Shown here: positions 62,501 through 64,000 of the stretch, in pieces
Layout of the letters: each line of letters starts with the position of its first letter
Numbering within the stretch: the first letter of the stretch is position 1
From: Anaeramoeba ignava BMAN
Lineage: Eukaryota; Protista; Anaeramoebae
DNA length: 64,000 bases
Direction: 5' to 3'
Assembly (NCBI GenBank): GCA_028826165.1
Contig: JAPDFW010000092.1
Coordinates: forward strand, 620,001-684,000
Position numbers and translations under genes: made by a program
Notes under the pieces: model-generated
Database searches by the model: none
Seen by the model: only the letters and a program-made list of their open reading frames with translations
What the model was told of the DNA's origin: nothing

Positions 62501-63119
62501 AAATTAAAATTAAAATTAAAATTAAAATTAAAATTAAAATTAAAATTAAAATTAAAATTAAAATTAAAATTAAAATTAAAATTAAAATTAAAATTAAAAT
62601 TAAAATTTAAATTAAAATTAAAAATTAAAAATTAAAAAGATTGCTGTTTATGGAGAAAGCTTTTGTAAATCAACAAAAAGAGCTTATCATTTAATAGCAA
62701 GAAATGCTATAAGAATGATGACAGTATCAATAATAGGAACATATTTATTTTTCTTAGGAAAAATTATGGTAACAGCAGTAGTAACAGTAATAAGTTTAGC
62801 AATTTTACGATCAATTGGAACAATTTCTTTTTATATTGTTCCAGGAATTGTTTGCGCTATTTTAGCTTATGGAATTGCATCTTCATTTATGTCTGTATTT
62901 GAAATGACTCTTGATACTTTGCTTCTTTGCTTTTGTGAAGACTCAGAAAGACATGATGGTAGTTCTCCTGATAAAGAACCTTATGCTTCTGAAAGATTGC
63001 GTAGATTTATGGATAATAATGCTGTTTCTGATAAAAATTTAAATTCTGATTCTGATTCTCATCATGATGACCATCAAAATGATAATCAAAAAGAAATTTT
63101 AAATGATAATCAAAACTAA
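59589..63119 (+). CDS. Choline transporter-like protein (CTL/SLC44), about 9 exons
   Basis: GPISDRKCK|DVFCLIIF, LLYPSDYRGNVCG, FFGLLWG..TIAGAISSWYW, RYHLGSLAFGALLIAIV, KFITRNAYIM|IAVYGESFCKS, DTLLLCFCED. Confidence 0.93.
59790..60420. repeat. Intronic (TTTTAA)n microsatellite in the first CTL intron
   Basis: Directly visible hexamer run. Confidence 0.92.
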
Positions 63120-63319
63120 TCAAAACTAATCAAGTTTCTTTTCTATTTTTCTTTTCTTTTCTTTTCTTTCTTTTTTTTTCAAATTTCCTTTTATTTTTCT
63201 TTCTTTTTTTTTCAAATTTCCTTTTATTTTTCTTTTGAAAAAAAATCAAACAAATCCAAAAAAAATGAAAAAGATTTTCTTTCTGAAAAATCAATCAAAA
63301 AAATCAATTTTTTCTTGTT

Positions 63320-63578
63320 TAAATTTGTTTAAATTTCTTTTTAAATTTCTTTATAAATTTGTTTATAAATTTGTTTATAAATTTGTTTATAAATTTGTTT
63401 ATAAATTCTTGTTAAATTTGTTTATAAATTTGTTTATAAATTTGTTTATAAATTTGTTTATTAATTTATTTGTTAAATTTGATTATAAATTTGTTTATAA
63501 ATTTGTTGTTAAATTTGTTTATAAATTTGTTTATAAATTTGTTTATAAATTTGTTTGTAAATTTGTTTATAAATTCTT
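63320..63578. repeat. 12-bp (TTTGTTTATAAA)n repeat directly downstream of the minus-strand stop codon
   Basis: About 20 tandem copies. Confidence 0.9.
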
Positions 63579-64000
63579 TTAATCAAAATATAAAATAATT
63601 GGTATTTTATATTGATCACGTATGGAAATAATTTCTGAACTTAATAACTTTAATAAACTTAATGGTTGCAATTTATAATCTTTCACAGTTTTTGAAGTAG
63701 AAAAAAATTTAATTAAAATCTTCACAAATTTTTTAACAACAAAATCAAGATATTTTTCAGGAACAAGAACAAATAAATAAAAAGGAAATTGAGATACAAT
63801 ATCAAGAAAAAAAGAGTAAGGAAATGAAAAAACATTCAAAATTGAAGTGAAAATAATTGGAAAATCACCTTTATGGATAAAAGAATGAATAGTTTTGGGA
63901 TTTTTTGAATAAATTTCTGAATAAATTGTTTTTGGAAATTTTGAGCTTTCAAATTCTTGAGTTTCTATTTTTGATAACCATTGAGTATCATCATATTTTT
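63579..64000 (-). CDS. 3' end of an unidentified protein-coding gene (5'-partial)
   Basis: Frame is open from the window edge (KYDDTQWLSKIETQEF...) to the stop at 63579. Confidence 0.6.
   Translation of the reverse strand, partial: KYDDTQWLSKIETQEFESSKFPKTIYSEIYSKNPKTIHSFIHKGDFPIIFTSILNVFSFPYSFFLDIVSQFPFYLFVLVPEKYLDFVVKKFVKILIKFFSTSKTVKDYKLQPLSLLKLLSSEIISIRDQYKIPIILYFD

Noticed and set aside
1-64000. tRNA, rRNA or snRNA genes; non-standard genetic code
   Set aside because: No recognisable structured RNA seen by eye; conserved proteins translate correctly with the standard code

Overview
Very AT-rich, intron-containing eukaryotic genomic DNA with about 17 protein-coding genes. The gene content and style (Asn/Gln/Glu hexamer repeats, ankyrin-BTB and BTB-BACK-TLDc proteins, TCATTT initiator-like motifs) suggest an anaerobic metamonad protist such as Anaeramoeba; this is inference, not a database result. 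Genes in order: BTAF1/Mot1 (partial), coiled-coil protein, NADAR/YbiA, ankyrin-BTB, IRE1, MSH3, divergent ribosomal P2, EPG5, UFSP, RGS-DH-PH-MORN GEF, Na+/H+ exchanger, BTB-BACK-TLDc, Ras, lysyl-tRNA synthetase, Bet5/TRAPPC1, Rab, a large unknown protein, CTL/SLC44 and a partial gene. Main non-coding signals: (1) a 278-bp MITE with perfect 43-bp TIRs inside a 2.7-kb satellite-filled IRE1 intron; (2) two related ~157-bp and ~146-bp satellite arrays; (3) introns and 3' regions inflated by locus-specific tandem repeats; (4) A-rich AAG splice acceptors; (5) strand-specific TCATTTT motifs upstream of start codons. Several single-base frameshifts (NADAR, MSH3 x2, EPG5, RhoGEF) and a garbled, duplicated Bet5/Rab region are most likely assembly errors, but the NADAR shift lies on a perfect in-frame A_AAA_AAC slippery heptamer.
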